64,000 bases of DNA from an uncultured Clostridia bacterium (lineage in GTDB: Bacteria; Bacillota; Clostridia; TANB77; CAG-465), in contig CALXBV010000021.1 of assembly GCA_944386635.1 (NCBI GenBank), positions 293 through 64,292 on the forward strand. Reading direction: 5' to 3'. Shown here one piece after another: positions 20,689 to 31,750 of this stretch (position 1 is the stretch's first letter; each line of letters opens with the position of its first letter). The position numbers were made by a program, and so were the translations under genes. Below the pieces are notes generated by a model. The model was given only the letters and a program-made list of their open reading frames with translations, was not told where the DNA came from and made no database searches.

Positions 20689-21135
20689 TTAAGTATAATC
20701 TGAAAAATCTATTAATCTATAAGTATACGCAACTTGAATTCTATTATTATTTTCTCTTTTTTTGCTTTCTACTCCACCAGAACTAGATAAGAATTTTCTC
20801 ATTTTTTCATTTTTTTCATCACACCAAACAATTAAGCTTCTATATCCTTTATCAAATAGTTGCTTCTTAGTTTCAAAAAGGACTTCTGAATTTACTATAT
20901 CCTTATTTTTTATATTTCTTGTATAAATACCATATATTTCTGAATCGTAATCATCATCATCCACATCATCAGATCCAAAAAAAGTCGCATTGACTATATT
21001 ATTGTCTTCATTCTCATATACATATAAATATTTATCATCATTTTTCATAAATTCTTTTATTTCTTCTCTTGAAAACCCTATATTTGGTATTTCTGCTATT
21101 TTATCTATATCATTTATATTAGCTTTTCTATACAT
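20689..21135 (-). CDS. GNAT-like N-acetyltransferase (tentative)
   Basis: 148 aa. The size and the N-terminal pattern MYRKANINDIDKIAEI are typical of GNATs. Followed by a hairpin at 20657..20682. Confidence 0.45.
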   Translation of the reverse strand: MYRKANINDIDKIAEIPNIGFSREEIKEFMKNDDKYLYVYENEDNNIVNATFFGSDDVDDDDYDSEIYGIYTRNIKNKDIVNSEVLFETKKQLFDKGYRSLIVWCDEKNEKMRKFLSSSGGVESKKRENNNRIQVAYTYRLIDFSDYT

Positions 21136-21146
21136 CTTACCTCTCC

Positions 21147-21608
21147 TTAATATATTATTCCATTATTTCCTTTATATTTTTCAAAAAGTTTATTACATTC
21201 ATCATGATCTATTTGAACCATATTTATATCTAAACTGCCTTTTCCTTTAAGATAATCATATAATGCACTATCTCTAAATCCTATTTGAGCTGCATCATCT
21301 CTTGTAGCACCATAATATACTTTTTTTATATTTGCCCAAGCAATTGCACAAAAGCACATTGGACATGGTTCACAACTAGTATATAAAATATAATCTGACA
21401 AATCATATGTATTCAATACATTACATGCATTTCTTATAGCTTGTATTTCTGCATGAGCTGTAGGATCATTATTTTTTAATACTTGATTATTTCCAGTAGC
21501 TATTACATTTCCATCTTTGTCTACAACAACAGCACCAAAAGGTCCACCTTCATTATTTAGCATACCCTTTTGTGCCTTTTCATTTGCTATCTGCATATAC
21601 TTATTCAT
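21147..21608 (-). CDS. CDA-fold nucleoside/guanine deaminase
   Basis: 153 aa. Zinc site HAE...PCPMC. The N-terminus GGPFGAVVV..DG is like GuaD-type guanine deaminases. Confidence 0.75.
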   Translation of the reverse strand: MNKYMQIANEKAQKGMLNNEGGPFGAVVVDKDGNVIATGNNQVLKNNDPTAHAEIQAIRNACNVLNTYDLSDYILYTSCEPCPMCFCAIAWANIKKVYYGATRDDAAQIGFRDSALYDYLKGKGSLDINMVQIDHDECNKLFEKYKGNNGIIY

Positions 21609-21914
21609 ATTTTCCCTCTTTTTATATTTATGCTATATTCTTTATACCATTAATATCAAAAAAAATCAATTATATTTATATAAACATATTCTAAATTTCT
21701 CAACTTGTTACTATTTATTTATATTATTTATTATACAGAATAATATGATACAAAAGACATATATTATTGAATACTTTAATTATCATTATTAATTTTATAA
21801 CAATTATTGAACTAAAAAAAATACATAATAAAATTTTAATACTCCAGTAATATATAATTGAAAAATAAGCTTATGTTTGATATAATATTTATATAATTAA
21901 AGTAAAGGAGAAAA

Positions 21915-22715
21915 ATGAATTCAAATACTAAAATAGAAGAAGAAATGGTAAATTTTGCAAAAGAAAGAGCAGAAGAAATTATACAGCCATCTTCCATAAG
22001 CATCGGAAATAATATTGGTCTATTAGTCGACGGTGTTTTTGGATGGTTAGGCGCTTGGGGACAAAAGCAAAAAATAAAACAAGAAAAATACATAGAAAAT
22101 TTTAAAAACACAATTAACAAAAAAATTTCTGATATTCCAAAAGAAAACTTAAAAGAGCCTAAAATGTGTGACATAGGACCAATAATAGATGCAAGCAAAT
22201 ATTATTATGAGAATGATTATTATGTAGAAATGTTTTCCGATTTACTGCAATCAGCTTGCGATACTAATTTTATATATAAAATACATCCATCATTTGTAAA
22301 CTTTATTAAAGAATTATCACCACTAGACGCAAAACTTTTAAATTCATTCAATTATAATAAAACCTATCCAATTGCAGATATTTTAGAAATTGATAAAGAT
22401 AAAAAAATTACTCCGTTTTATAAAAGCTTATTTTATTTTTATGATATTAATAATCATTTTACTATACTTGAACATTTAAATTTGACAAATTCTTTAAATA
22501 ATTTGATCAGATTAGGATTAGTAAAAAAAAATAAAGATATATTGAAATTAAATTACAATTATGATGATTTTAAGAATCATTTTTTATACAAAATTTATGA
22601 AAATTTAAAGGAAAACCCACAAAATCAGTTAAAAATTGTAAAATATAGAATAGAATTAACTGAAACTGGTATAAACTTTTTAAACTGTTGTATTAAAAAT
22701 AAAAAAGTTTTATGA
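21915..22715 (+). CDS. Abi-alpha (DUF4393) family protein, putative abortive-infection gene
   Basis: 266 aa. The family-typical core YYVEMFSDLLQSACD....IHPSFVNFIKELSPLDAKLLN matches my memory of DUF4393 (EMFANLLA...HPSFVEIIKQLSPDEAKIL). AAGGAG RBS. Confidence 0.65.
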   Translation: MNSNTKIEEEMVNFAKERAEEIIQPSSISIGNNIGLLVDGVFGWLGAWGQKQKIKQEKYIENFKNTINKKISDIPKENLKEPKMCDIGPIIDASKYYYENDYYVEMFSDLLQSACDTNFIYKIHPSFVNFIKELSPLDAKLLNSFNYNKTYPIADILEIDKDKKITPFYKSLFYFYDINNHFTILEHLNLTNSLNNLIRLGLVKKNKDILKLNYNYDDFKNHFLYKIYENLKENPQNQLKIVKYRIELTETGINFLNCCIKNKKVL

Positions 22716-22740
22716 CCATTACTTATCATAAAACTTTTTT
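22706..22740 (+). terminator. intrinsic terminator after the Abi-alpha gene
   Basis: AGTTTTATGA / TCATAAAACT stem containing the stop codon, followed by T7. It abuts the 3' end of the tRNA on the other strand. Confidence 0.65.
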
Positions 22741-22817
<77 letters not shown>

Positions 22818-22860
22818 AATAACATAATATATTATACAACAAATATCTATATAATTCAAG

Positions 22861-23274
22861 TTATTCCTTTCTTAACTCCTTAAAAAAATCTCTTAATATT
22901 TGAGAACATTCATTATTTTCTATGTATTCAAATAAATCTTTATCATATTCATAAGTATTACTATCTAATGCACCAAAGAATACTTTTTCAACACGTGATT
23001 GTTTTATTGCTCCAAAACACATTTGACAAGGATATAGAGTAACATACATTATACATCCATCAAGTCTCCATGACTTTAATTTTTTACATGCTTTATCTAT
23101 ACATAAAATTTCCGCATGTGCTAAAACATTTTTTTTAGTTTCACGTAAGTTATGTGCTCTTGCAATTATTTTATCATCTTTTACAATGACAGCCCCAACT
23201 GGTACTTCTTTTTTAGCATATGCTTTTTTTGCTTCTTTTAATGCTTCAATCATATATTTATCCACATTATTCAC
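22861..23274 (-). CDS. tadA: tRNA-specific adenosine-34 deaminase
   Basis: 137 aa. MIEALKEAKKA, VPVGAVIV, HAEI...PCQMC. Size and motifs are typical of TadA. Confidence 0.85.
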   Translation of the reverse strand: MNNVDKYMIEALKEAKKAYAKKEVPVGAVIVKDDKIIARAHNLRETKKNVLAHAEILCIDKACKKLKSWRLDGCIMYVTLYPCQMCFGAIKQSRVEKVFFGALDSNTYEYDKDLFEYIENNECSQILRDFFKELRKE

Positions 23275-23427
23275 CTTTTTAATTATACAATATATTGAAT
23301 AAAAAATAAAGTATCATTATACTTGAATTTTAAATGAAAAATGATATAATAATAACGTATACTTATTTAGCTAGTTAATAGACTGGTAATCTCTAAGTTA
23401 TTTATCTAATGCAAAATCTTTAAAAAT

Positions 23428-23504
23428 GACTTTGTAACTCAGTTGGATAGAGTGCTTCCCTCCTAAGGAAGAAGTCGGCGGTTCAAATCCGCCCAAGGTC
23501 ACCA
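23428..23504 (+). tRNA. tRNA-Arg (anticodon CCT)
   Basis: GACTTTGTAACTCAGTTGGATAGAGTGCTTCCCTCCTAAGGAAGAAGTCGGCGGTTCAAATCCGCCCAAGGTCACCA. Anticodon stem CTTCC/GGAAG, loop CT-CCT-AA, encoded CCA. Confidence 0.9.
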
Positions 23505-23513
23505 ATTAAAAAA

Positions 23514-23552
23514 AACATAGTAAATTTAATATAAATTTACTATGTTTTTTAT
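23514..23552 (+). terminator. intrinsic terminator after tRNA-Arg(CCT)
   Basis: AACATAGTAAATTT-AATAT-AAATTTACTATGTT is a 14-bp stem followed by a T-run. Confidence 0.8.
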
Positions 23553-23677
23553 TTGTGATAATAAAAATATAACAAAAAATAAAAATAAATTAAATATCAA
23601 ATATTACTAAAACTAAATTAAAGTATATTATGATACATTAAAACATAAATAAAAAACTATTACTTAATTTTTCATAT

Positions 23678-24160
23678 TTAAACAATATATTGTTCTAAAA
23701 ATATAAGTAACCCACAAATTATATATGTTGAAATAGCTAAAATTGTCATATAAATACAAGAATATTTTTGTGAATACGGAGCTGAAAATTTTAGCCATTC
23801 ATCGAAATTCTCAACTCTTACCATACCTTTCTTATTGCACTTTGGACAAACAATTTTTTTTGCGTATTTTTTATATTTTGGATAAAAACCAATATATTTT
23901 CGTCCAGAAGAGTTTATCTCAAACATTTTAACATTTTTTATTGAATTTATAAAATAATTCTTTTGTATAAATTTGTAAGGAAAAATAAAAGTTTCTTTAC
24001 ACTCATCACAAACACATCTAAATTGAAAATTAAGATTGCAAAGCATTTTATATATTTTTTTAGCAATAATTATTAATCCTATTATAAACCATAATCCAAT
24101 TATTATAATTGATACTACTACATATGTTCTTGAATCCATAATAACACTCATCGTCCTCAC
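23678..24160 (-). CDS. membrane protein with a cytoplasmic zinc-ribbon
   Basis: 160 aa. TM segments at both ends. CVCDEC...CPKC cysteine pairs. Confidence 0.5.
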   Translation of the reverse strand: MRTMSVIMDSRTYVVVSIIIIGLWFIIGLIIIAKKIYKMLCNLNFQFRCVCDECKETFIFPYKFIQKNYFINSIKNVKMFEINSSGRKYIGFYPKYKKYAKKIVCPKCNKKGMVRVENFDEWLKFSAPYSQKYSCIYMTILAISTYIICGLLIFLEQYIV

Positions 24161-24240
24161 TTTTTTATATTATAATTTAAATTGTATTATATTAAATTAT
24201 AGCATTTAATATATTTTTATTCCATATATTTTATATAAAG

Positions 24241-24273
24241 TATGAGACTGTTTGTTTTTCAAACAGTCTCATA
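24241..24273 (-). terminator. hairpin terminator after the activase-fusion gene
   Basis: TATGAGACTGTTTG / CAAACAGTCTCATA is a 14-bp perfect stem 3 nt past the stop codon. The downstream T-tract is only moderate. Confidence 0.6.
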
Positions 24274-24275
24274 CT

Positions 24276-27200
24276 TTACTTTTTCACTTTCATTTTTTTA
24301 GTTTTTACTTTATATTTAGAAAGATTCTCTCTTATCTTCAAATTATCTTTAGCCACAGTAATAAGTAACTTGATTCTATTAATCTGATTTGTTTGACTAG
24401 CACCCGGATCGTAATCTACAGGTGATATATTTGCTTGTGGAAATTTCTTTCTTATTGTTTTTATAACACCTTTTCCAACAACATGATTTGGAAGACAAGC
24501 AAATGGTTGTACACATATTATATTTGGTATACCATTTTCTATATATTCAATCATTTCAGCTGTAAGGAACCATCCTTCACCTGTTTGATTTCCAATAGAT
24601 AACACATTTTGTACTTTATCTTCAAGTTCCCATATATCACAAGGTGGCATGTATCCTTTTTTAGATTTTGCAAGTGCTTGTTTTGCATCCTTTTCAAATC
24701 CATCTATTAAATTTATAGCTAATTTACATATTTGTGCAGCTAATTTATCCTTTTTAAGTAATTTATTATTAGTTATACTATGTGTTGCCATGTATTTTAC
24801 AAACCCCATAAAATCTGGCATTACAACTTCTGCACCCTCATTTTCTAATACATCTATAACATAATTATTTCCAAATGGATGATATTTAATTAATATCTCT
24901 CCTACAACTCCAACTCTTGGCTTTACTAGTTTTTTATTTATTTGAATATTTTCAAAATCATCTACCATTTGGTATATACCTTGTTTAAATTCTTTCATAT
25001 TACCATTAGCTATTATATCTTTTCCTTTTTCTAGCCATTTATTATATACCTTTTCAGATTCACCCTTTTTAACTTCATATGCTCTATTTTTAAGTAACAT
25101 TTTTTGTAAAAGATCACCATATACAACACCTTTAATAAGCTTTATTGCAAGAGAAGGAGTAATTTTAAATCCAGAAGTTTTTTCCATTCCTTTTACATTA
25201 AACGAAATAATAGGAATATTACTATATCCAGCATCTTTTAAAGCCTTTCTAATAAATCCAATATAATTAGTAGCTCTGCATCCTCCTCCTGTTTGAGACA
25301 TTATTAATGCTGTTTTATTTAAATCATATTTTCCAGAATCTAATGCTTCGATCATTTGTCCTGTCGTTATAATAGATGGATAACATGCATCATTATTTAC
25401 ATACTTTAATCCTGTTTCTATAGTATGTTCTGTACACTCTCTTAATAGTTCTACATTATATCCTTCTGATTTCATTGCAGCAAGTAATAATTCAAAATGT
25501 ATTGGTGCCATTTGAGGTACTAAGATTGTATATCCTTCTTCCTTCATTTCTTTTGTAAACTTAACTTTATTTATTTCATAATTTCCTAAATCAGATTCTT
25601 TTTCTATCTCTTTATTAGTATTATTCTTATTTAGCTTTTTCTGTTGTAATCTTTTGTTCATACTAGCAAGTAATGACCTAATACGTATTCTTACAGCGCC
25701 CAAATTATTTATTTCATCTATTTTTATCAAAGTATACATTTTATCATAACTTGTTAATATTTCTTCAACTTCATCCGTTGTTACAGCATCAACCCCGCAG
25801 CCAAATGAATTTAGTTGTACTAACTCAAGAAAATCATGTTTTCCAACATATTCTGCAGCAGCATATAATCTAGAATGATATACCCACTGATCTACAACTC
25901 TTATTGGCCTTCTAACCTCAGCTTTATCTGACACGCTATCTTCAGATAACACACATAATCCCAAACTAGTTATCAATGTATCTATTCCATGATTAATTTC
26001 GGGATCTACGTGATATGGACGACCAGCAAGTACAATACCTCTTAAGTTATTTTCTTTTATATAGTCTACAATTTCTTGTCCTTTTTTATGAACATCATCT
26101 CTAAATTTTTGATATTCTTTTTCTGCCTCTTTAGCTGCTTTTAAAACTTCAGATTTTTTAAAATTATATTCTTTAAATTCAGGTAATTCCATTACAACTT
26201 CTGTTAATTTTTTAGCATCAAAAGGTAAAAATGGATTAATATATTTAACATCTTTAAGCTCTTCAACATTATTTTTAATAACTTCTGAATAAGATGCAAC
26301 TATTGGACAATTGTATGAATTATCTGCTCCCTCAAATTCCTTACGAGAATTAGAAATGCATGGATAAAATATAGTTTTTATCCCCTGTTCTATTAAACTC
26401 ATAATATGACCATGTGCAAGTTTGGCAGGATAACATACTGATTCAGAAGGCATAGACTCCATTCCTTTTTCATATGTTTTTCTTGTACTTTTTTCAGAAA
26501 TTATTACTCTAAATCCTAAATTTGTAAAGAAAGTAAACCAAAATGGATAATCTTCATACATATTTAACACTCTAGGTATTCCTATTGTACCTCTTTTAGC
26601 CTCTTCTTCAGATAAAGGTTTATATGAAAATAATCTCTCATTTTTATACTTATACATATTAGGTAAATCATTTTGAGCATTTGTATTTCCAGCACCTTTT
26701 TCACATCTATTACCAGATACAAAAATCTTTCCATTTCCAAACTTATTTATTGTTAATCTACAATTATTTTCACATTTTCCACATCTTGCATGTGTAATTT
26801 TTATATCTAATTTATCTATCTCATCTGGATGTAACATTGTAGACTTATAATAATCATCTTCATTTGCTATAAATTGTTCTTTTGCAAGAAGAGCAACACC
26901 ATATGCTCCCATAAGGCCCGCTATATCTGGTCTTATTACATTTCTACCTGTTATTTTTTCAAAGCTACGTAATACAGCATCATTATAAAAAGTACCACCT
27001 TGAACAACTATATTTTTCCCAAGTTTTCTTACATCACGTATCTTCATAACTTTTTGTATAGCATTTTTTACAACGGAATAAGATAATCCACTAGATATAT
27101 CTCCAATAGTAGCTCCTTCTTTTTGAGCTTGTTTTATCCTAGAATTCATAAATACTGTACATCTAGAGCCCAAATCTACAGGCGCTTTAGATTTTATTGC

Positions 27201-28610
27201 TTCATCTACAAATTCTTCTATACTTACGCCTAAACTTTTAGCAAAAGTCTCAATAAAAGATCCGCATCCTGATGAACAAGCTTCATTTAACATAATATTA
27301 TCTATAGCATCATTTTTTACCCTAATGTATTTCATATCTTGTCCACCAATATCTATTATACTACTTACATTAGGCATAAATTCTTTAGCAGCAGTATAGT
27401 GTGCTATAGTCTCAATTTCACTAAGATCAATATTTAATGCTGTTTGTATTAATTTTTCTCCATAGCCTGTAACGCCAACATATCTTAATACAGCTGCCTT
27501 TGGAATATTAGAATACAATTTTTTAACCATAGATATTACACTTGCAAGTGGATTACCTTTATTATTCTCATATAAAGAATATAATAATGCCCCATCTTTG
27601 TCTATTGCAACTAATTTTGTAGTAGTAGAACCAGCATCTATTCCCACAAATATATCTCCTTTAGTATCTTCTAATTTTGCTCTTTTTACTTTATCTTTTT
27701 CATGACGCTCTTTAAATTCTTTATATTCTTGCTCATTAGCAAATAGTGGCTCTAAGGGTTTTGTTTCTGTATATTTTGCATCTTTAAATACTTCTAACTT
27801 TTCTTTTAACTCTTTTGTTGTAATCTCCTTTGTATCTATTGAAGCAAGAGCTGCTCCTTTTGCAACTAGTAAGTGAGCTTCTTCTGGTACTATTACCTCA
27901 TCATCTTTTAATTTCAATGTTTCTATAAATCTTTTTCTAAGTTCTGGTAAATAGTTAAGCGGACCTCCCAAAAAAGCTACTTTACCTTTTATTGGTCTGC
28001 CACAAGCAAGGCCGCTTATTGTTTGATTTACAACAGCTTGAAATATAGATGTAGCTATATCTTCTTTTCTTGCTCCTTCATTTATTAATGGTTGTACATC
28101 AGTTTTGGCAAAAACTCCACATCTTGATGCAATCGGATATATTATTTCATGTCCCTTAGATAACTCATTTAAACCTTGAGTATCTGTATTAAGAAGTGAT
28201 GCCATCTGATCTAAGAACGCACCTGTTCCTCCTGCACATGTTCCGTTCATTCTTTGTTCTATAAATTTATCAAAATATATTATTTTTGCATCTTCTCCAC
28301 CAAGTTCTATTACCACATCAGTCTGCGGAATATATTTTTCTACTGCCTTTTTACAAGCAATTACTTCTTGTATAAAAGGTATTCCGAGTACCTTAGATAT
28401 TTCTAATGCACCAGAACCTGTTAAAGACATTGTAAATGTACTATTTGGAAAATCTTTAATAAGTTTCTTTAAAACTTCATATATGGTATTTTTTGTATCT
28501 GAGTGGTGTCTAGTATAACTTGTATATAAATTCTCTAATTTATCATTCATTACTACAATTTTTACTGTTGTTGATCCAACATCTAGACCAACATGTAATG
28601 TCTTTTTCAT
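24276..28610 (-). CDS. acyl-CoA dehydratase activase-related fusion protein (two BadF/BcrA/HgdC-type ATPase modules plus a dehydratase-component-like domain)
   Basis: 1444 aa. Two acetate/sugar-kinase-fold starts (VGLDVGSTTVKIVV and VGIDAGSTTTKLVA), each followed by activase cysteine regions. The large C-terminal domain is typical of this clostridial fusion family. Confidence 0.8.
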   Translation of the reverse strand: MKKTLHVGLDVGSTTVKIVVMNDKLENLYTSYTRHHSDTKNTIYEVLKKLIKDFPNSTFTMSLTGSGALEISKVLGIPFIQEVIACKKAVEKYIPQTDVVIELGGEDAKIIYFDKFIEQRMNGTCAGGTGAFLDQMASLLNTDTQGLNELSKGHEIIYPIASRCGVFAKTDVQPLINEGARKEDIATSIFQAVVNQTISGLACGRPIKGKVAFLGGPLNYLPELRKRFIETLKLKDDEVIVPEEAHLLVAKGAALASIDTKEITTKELKEKLEVFKDAKYTETKPLEPLFANEQEYKEFKERHEKDKVKRAKLEDTKGDIFVGIDAGSTTTKLVAIDKDGALLYSLYENNKGNPLASVISMVKKLYSNIPKAAVLRYVGVTGYGEKLIQTALNIDLSEIETIAHYTAAKEFMPNVSSIIDIGGQDMKYIRVKNDAIDNIMLNEACSSGCGSFIETFAKSLGVSIEEFVDEAIKSKAPVDLGSRCTVFMNSRIKQAQKEGATIGDISSGLSYSVVKNAIQKVMKIRDVRKLGKNIVVQGGTFYNDAVLRSFEKITGRNVIRPDIAGLMGAYGVALLAKEQFIANEDDYYKSTMLHPDEIDKLDIKITHARCGKCENNCRLTINKFGNGKIFVSGNRCEKGAGNTNAQNDLPNMYKYKNERLFSYKPLSEEEAKRGTIGIPRVLNMYEDYPFWFTFFTNLGFRVIISEKSTRKTYEKGMESMPSESVCYPAKLAHGHIMSLIEQGIKTIFYPCISNSRKEFEGADNSYNCPIVASYSEVIKNNVEELKDVKYINPFLPFDAKKLTEVVMELPEFKEYNFKKSEVLKAAKEAEKEYQKFRDDVHKKGQEIVDYIKENNLRGIVLAGRPYHVDPEINHGIDTLITSLGLCVLSEDSVSDKAEVRRPIRVVDQWVYHSRLYAAAEYVGKHDFLELVQLNSFGCGVDAVTTDEVEEILTSYDKMYTLIKIDEINNLGAVRIRIRSLLASMNKRLQQKKLNKNNTNKEIEKESDLGNYEINKVKFTKEMKEEGYTILVPQMAPIHFELLLAAMKSEGYNVELLRECTEHTIETGLKYVNNDACYPSIITTGQMIEALDSGKYDLNKTALIMSQTGGGCRATNYIGFIRKALKDAGYSNIPIISFNVKGMEKTSGFKITPSLAIKLIKGVVYGDLLQKMLLKNRAYEVKKGESEKVYNKWLEKGKDIIANGNMKEFKQGIYQMVDDFENIQINKKLVKPRVGVVGEILIKYHPFGNNYVIDVLENEGAEVVMPDFMGFVKYMATHSITNNKLLKKDKLAAQICKLAINLIDGFEKDAKQALAKSKKGYMPPCDIWELEDKVQNVLSIGNQTGEGWFLTAEMIEYIENGIPNIICVQPFACLPNHVVGKGVIKTIRKKFPQANISPVDYDPGASQTNQINRIKLLITVAKDNLKIRENLSKYKVKTKKMKVKK

Positions 28611-28791
28611 ATCTATTTCACCTCAATTTATATCTTTTTTCGACATATATATTATACCATAACTTTATGAAAAGTAAATAAACAAAAATTACAGTATTGT
28701 CACATATTGAATATCATTTTATACTATGTTATAATTAATCTACATTTCAAATATTTAACTACAAAATAATTTTAGAAAAGAGGTGTTTATT

Positions 28792-29463
28792 ATGACTAAT
28801 AATAAAAATAATACTATATTAAGATTTTATTTACTAACAACAACTTTAAAAAATAAAATACGTCAAGGCTCAATATACTGGAATGTTACATCAAATAGAA
28901 GAGAAAGTATAGCTGAACATGTATATGACACTTGTATGCTTGCAATTGCAATAGACTCAGAATATGATTTAAAAATAGATATAAAAAAAGTAATAGAAAT
29001 GCTTGCTATACATGAGTTAGAAGAAATAATAATAGGTGACATTACTCCATTTGATAATGTAAGTAATGAAGAAAAGCTAAAAATAGGTAAAAAAGCTGTG
29101 CTCGATATTCTTAATGGTATGAAAAAAGAGCAAGAATATACTAAACTTACTGATGAGTTCAATTCTAGAGAAACTAAAGAAGCAAAATTCGCTTATTTAT
29201 GTGACAAGCTAGACTTTGACTTACAAATGAAACTATATTCTGACCAAGGCTATATAAATCTAGATACAAAATCTAATAGTCCAGTTTTCAGAAATAAAAG
29301 AGTACAAAATATTCTTAAAAATGGTGCAACTTCAGCTCCTGAAGTATTTTATAATTATGATGTCGATAAATATATTAATTACCCTGAATTTAAGAGATTA
29401 TTAGACTATGCATATTCTAATAATCTTAATGATTTATTAAATAATTATTTAAAAAATATATGA
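28792..29463 (+). CDS. HD-domain 5'-deoxynucleotidase (YfbR-like)
   Basis: ESIAEHVYDTCMLA ... AIHELEEIIIGDITP (H..HD/HE..D pattern). Start placed at the ATG at 28792, behind AGAGGTG. Confidence 0.7.
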   Translation: MTNNKNNTILRFYLLTTTLKNKIRQGSIYWNVTSNRRESIAEHVYDTCMLAIAIDSEYDLKIDIKKVIEMLAIHELEEIIIGDITPFDNVSNEEKLKIGKKAVLDILNGMKKEQEYTKLTDEFNSRETKEAKFAYLCDKLDFDLQMKLYSDQGYINLDTKSNSPVFRNKRVQNILKNGATSAPEVFYNYDVDKYINYPEFKRLLDYAYSNNLNDLLNNYLKNI

Positions 29464-29486
29464 GCTTGAAAAAACAAGCTCTCTTT

Positions 29487-30185
29487 TTATTTAAAAAATT
29501 CTTGTAGTCCTATATATATTCCCCAAGCAAGTTTTTCTTGATATTCTTCTTGTTCCAAATTTTTTGCCTCTTCTTCATTAGATAAAAATCCACATTCTAC
29601 TGTTACAGTTGTATTTTCTACATGATCCATTATATATATCCCTTTTAATACTAAAGGTACTCTATTATTAGGTGTTGATATTGTATTATTTAATGAATCC
29701 TGTATACATTTAGCAAGTCTTATACTTTCTTCATTTCCTTCTTGATAAAAAGTTTGCCATCCACTATAAATACTAGACGGGTACTTATTAAGATGAATTG
29801 ATATAAACGCATCAACGTCCTCTTCATTTCCTATTATCACTCTATTTTTTATATCGCTAACTTTTTTTTCTTTTAGTGTTGTAGCATCAGAAGAATATAT
29901 TCCATTTTCATCACTTCTGGTCAAGTATACTACTCCTCCACTTTGCTCAACAAGCTTTTGAAGTTTAAGAGCTATTTTTAAATTTATTGCCTCTTCAGTT
30001 GTACCATATATTCCAACTGCCCCCTCATCAGGCTTGCCGTGACCAGCATCTATTACTACAACATGAGATGTTACCGGAGTAGAATTAGTAACTACTGTTT
30101 CATGCTTATTATTTAAAAGCACTAAACTAAATACTACTATTAAACATATAAAAACTATTGTAAAAACTACTATATACTTTTTCAA
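29487..30185 (-). CDS. cwlD: N-acetylmuramoyl-L-alanine amidase, CwlD type (germination-specific)
   Basis: 232 aa. N-terminal TM, Amidase_3 motifs VIDAGHGKPDEGAVG, SIHLN and ECGFLSN. Confidence 0.8.
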   Translation of the reverse strand: MKKYIVVFTIVFICLIVVFSLVLLNNKHETVVTNSTPVTSHVVVIDAGHGKPDEGAVGIYGTTEEAINLKIALKLQKLVEQSGGVVYLTRSDENGIYSSDATTLKEKKVSDIKNRVIIGNEEDVDAFISIHLNKYPSSIYSGWQTFYQEGNEESIRLAKCIQDSLNNTISTPNNRVPLVLKGIYIMDHVENTTVTVECGFLSNEEEAKNLEQEEYQEKLAWGIYIGLQEFFK

Positions 30186-30323
30186 ATAATCACCTAATAT
30201 AATTTATGTTTAATAATATTTTTAATTACACCTAAATTAATTTAAACTTTTACTATTATATTATTGGAATATTATCTTATACTAAATAATATAATATACT
30301 ATTATATTTTAAGGAGAGTGCAT

Positions 30324-31226
30324 ATGAATAATAATTACCCAACTATCCCTTATGTGGGATATAAAGACAAAAATGTAAAAGTACCTATTACCTTTCAAGC
30401 TCAACATCAGCCTATACAGCCGGGCATGGAATACAAAATGAATCCATTACCTATATTTGAAAATCCAAATTATGTGCCAAGTGGAAAATTAAAAAATAAA
30501 GTAGTAATTATTTCTGGTGGAGATAGTGGTATTGGGAGAGCAGTAAGTGTTATGTTTGCAAAAGAAGGAGCAGATATTGTAATTAACTATTTAAATGAAC
30601 ACGAAGATGCTAATTATACTAAAGATCTTATAGAAAAATGTGGTAGAAGATGTATTCTTATTCCAGGTGACTTAAGAGATGAAAAATTATCTGAAGAAAT
30701 AGTAGATAAAACAATTGCTGTATTTGGAAAAATAGATATCTTAGTTAATAATTGTGGAGTTCAATATCCTCAAAATAGTATATTGGATATATCTAGTAAG
30801 CAATTAAAAGATACATTTGAAACTAATATTTTCACGTTTTTTTATTTGACTAAAGCAGTATTACCTCATTTAAAGGAAAATAGTAGTATTATAAATACCA
30901 CATCAATCACAGCATTTGCTGGTAAAAAAAATCTAATAGATTATTCTGCAACTAAAGGTGCAATTATGGTGTTTACCAAATCTTTAGCACTTTCGCTCGC
31001 AGATCAAAAAATTCGTGTTAATGCGGTAGCTCCTGGTCCTATATGGACTCCACTTATTCCATCATCCTTTAGTAGAGAAGAGGTAGAAATATTTGGTACA
31101 GAAACGCCTCTTAAAAGAGCAGGTCAACCATTCGAACTAGCTCCTGCATACTTATATCTTGCAAGTGATGATTCTAGATATGTAACAGGCCAAGTAATAC
31201 ATGTAAATGGTGGTACAATTGTATAA
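30324..31226 (+). CDS. SDR family oxidoreductase (YhdF/YghA-like)
   Basis: GGDSGIGRA cofactor site, YSATKGA catalytic YxxxK. Start placed at the ATG at 30324, behind AAGGAGAG. Confidence 0.8.
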   Translation: MNNNYPTIPYVGYKDKNVKVPITFQAQHQPIQPGMEYKMNPLPIFENPNYVPSGKLKNKVVIISGGDSGIGRAVSVMFAKEGADIVINYLNEHEDANYTKDLIEKCGRRCILIPGDLRDEKLSEEIVDKTIAVFGKIDILVNNCGVQYPQNSILDISSKQLKDTFETNIFTFFYLTKAVLPHLKENSSIINTTSITAFAGKKNLIDYSATKGAIMVFTKSLALSLADQKIRVNAVAPGPIWTPLIPSSFSREEVEIFGTETPLKRAGQPFELAPAYLYLASDDSRYVTGQVIHVNGGTIV

Positions 31227-31259
31227 TAGCCAAATATACTAAAATATGATATAATATAT

Positions 31260-31736
31260 TTGGTGATAAAATTGGAAGAATTAATTCAATATTTTAAGCA
31301 ATATAATTTGGATTCTAGGATAAAAACATTTTCTTCTTCTTCAGCAACAGTTGAACTTGCAGCAAAAGCTTTAAATTGCAATCCAGAAAATATTGCCAAA
31401 ACACTATCATTTGATGTAGATAATAATACCATATTAATTGTAACATCTGGAGATATGAAAATAGATAATGCAAAATTTAAGAATAAATTTAATGTAAAGC
31501 CTAAAATGCTAAAATTAGAAGAAGTTGAAGAAAAAACAGGATATCCTGTTGGTGGAGTTTGTCCATTTAATTTAAAAAATAATATAAATGTATTCTTAGA
31601 TATATCATTAAAAAGATTTCACGATATATATCCTGCATGTGGAACTCCAAATAGTGCAATATCACTTTCTATCGACGAGCTCGAAAAGTATTCTAATTTT
31701 AAAGAATGGGTAGATGTATGTAAAAAGAAGTCATAA
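31260..31736 (+). CDS. YbaK/EbsC-type aminoacyl-tRNA editing domain protein
   Basis: 158 aa. KTL..D, YPVGGVCPF. Non-ATG start (TTG/GTG). Confidence 0.7.
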   Translation: MVIKLEELIQYFKQYNLDSRIKTFSSSSATVELAAKALNCNPENIAKTLSFDVDNNTILIVTSGDMKIDNAKFKNKFNVKPKMLKLEEVEEKTGYPVGGVCPFNLKNNINVFLDISLKRFHDIYPACGTPNSAISLSIDELEKYSNFKEWVDVCKKKS

Positions 31737-31750
31737 TAAAATGACTTCTT

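Noticed and set aside
21836-22198. A 120-aa minus-strand ORF overlapping the start of the Abi-alpha gene.
   Set aside because: It is a hydrophobic low-complexity translation with no RBS. The plus-strand ORF has an AAGGAG RBS and family motifs.
21609-22740. A tRNA-targeted genomic island carrying the Abi-alpha gene.
   Set aside because: There is no integrase, and I found no repeat of the tRNA 3' end in 21600..21914. Only proximity to the tRNA supports the idea, so I report it as a solitary gene.
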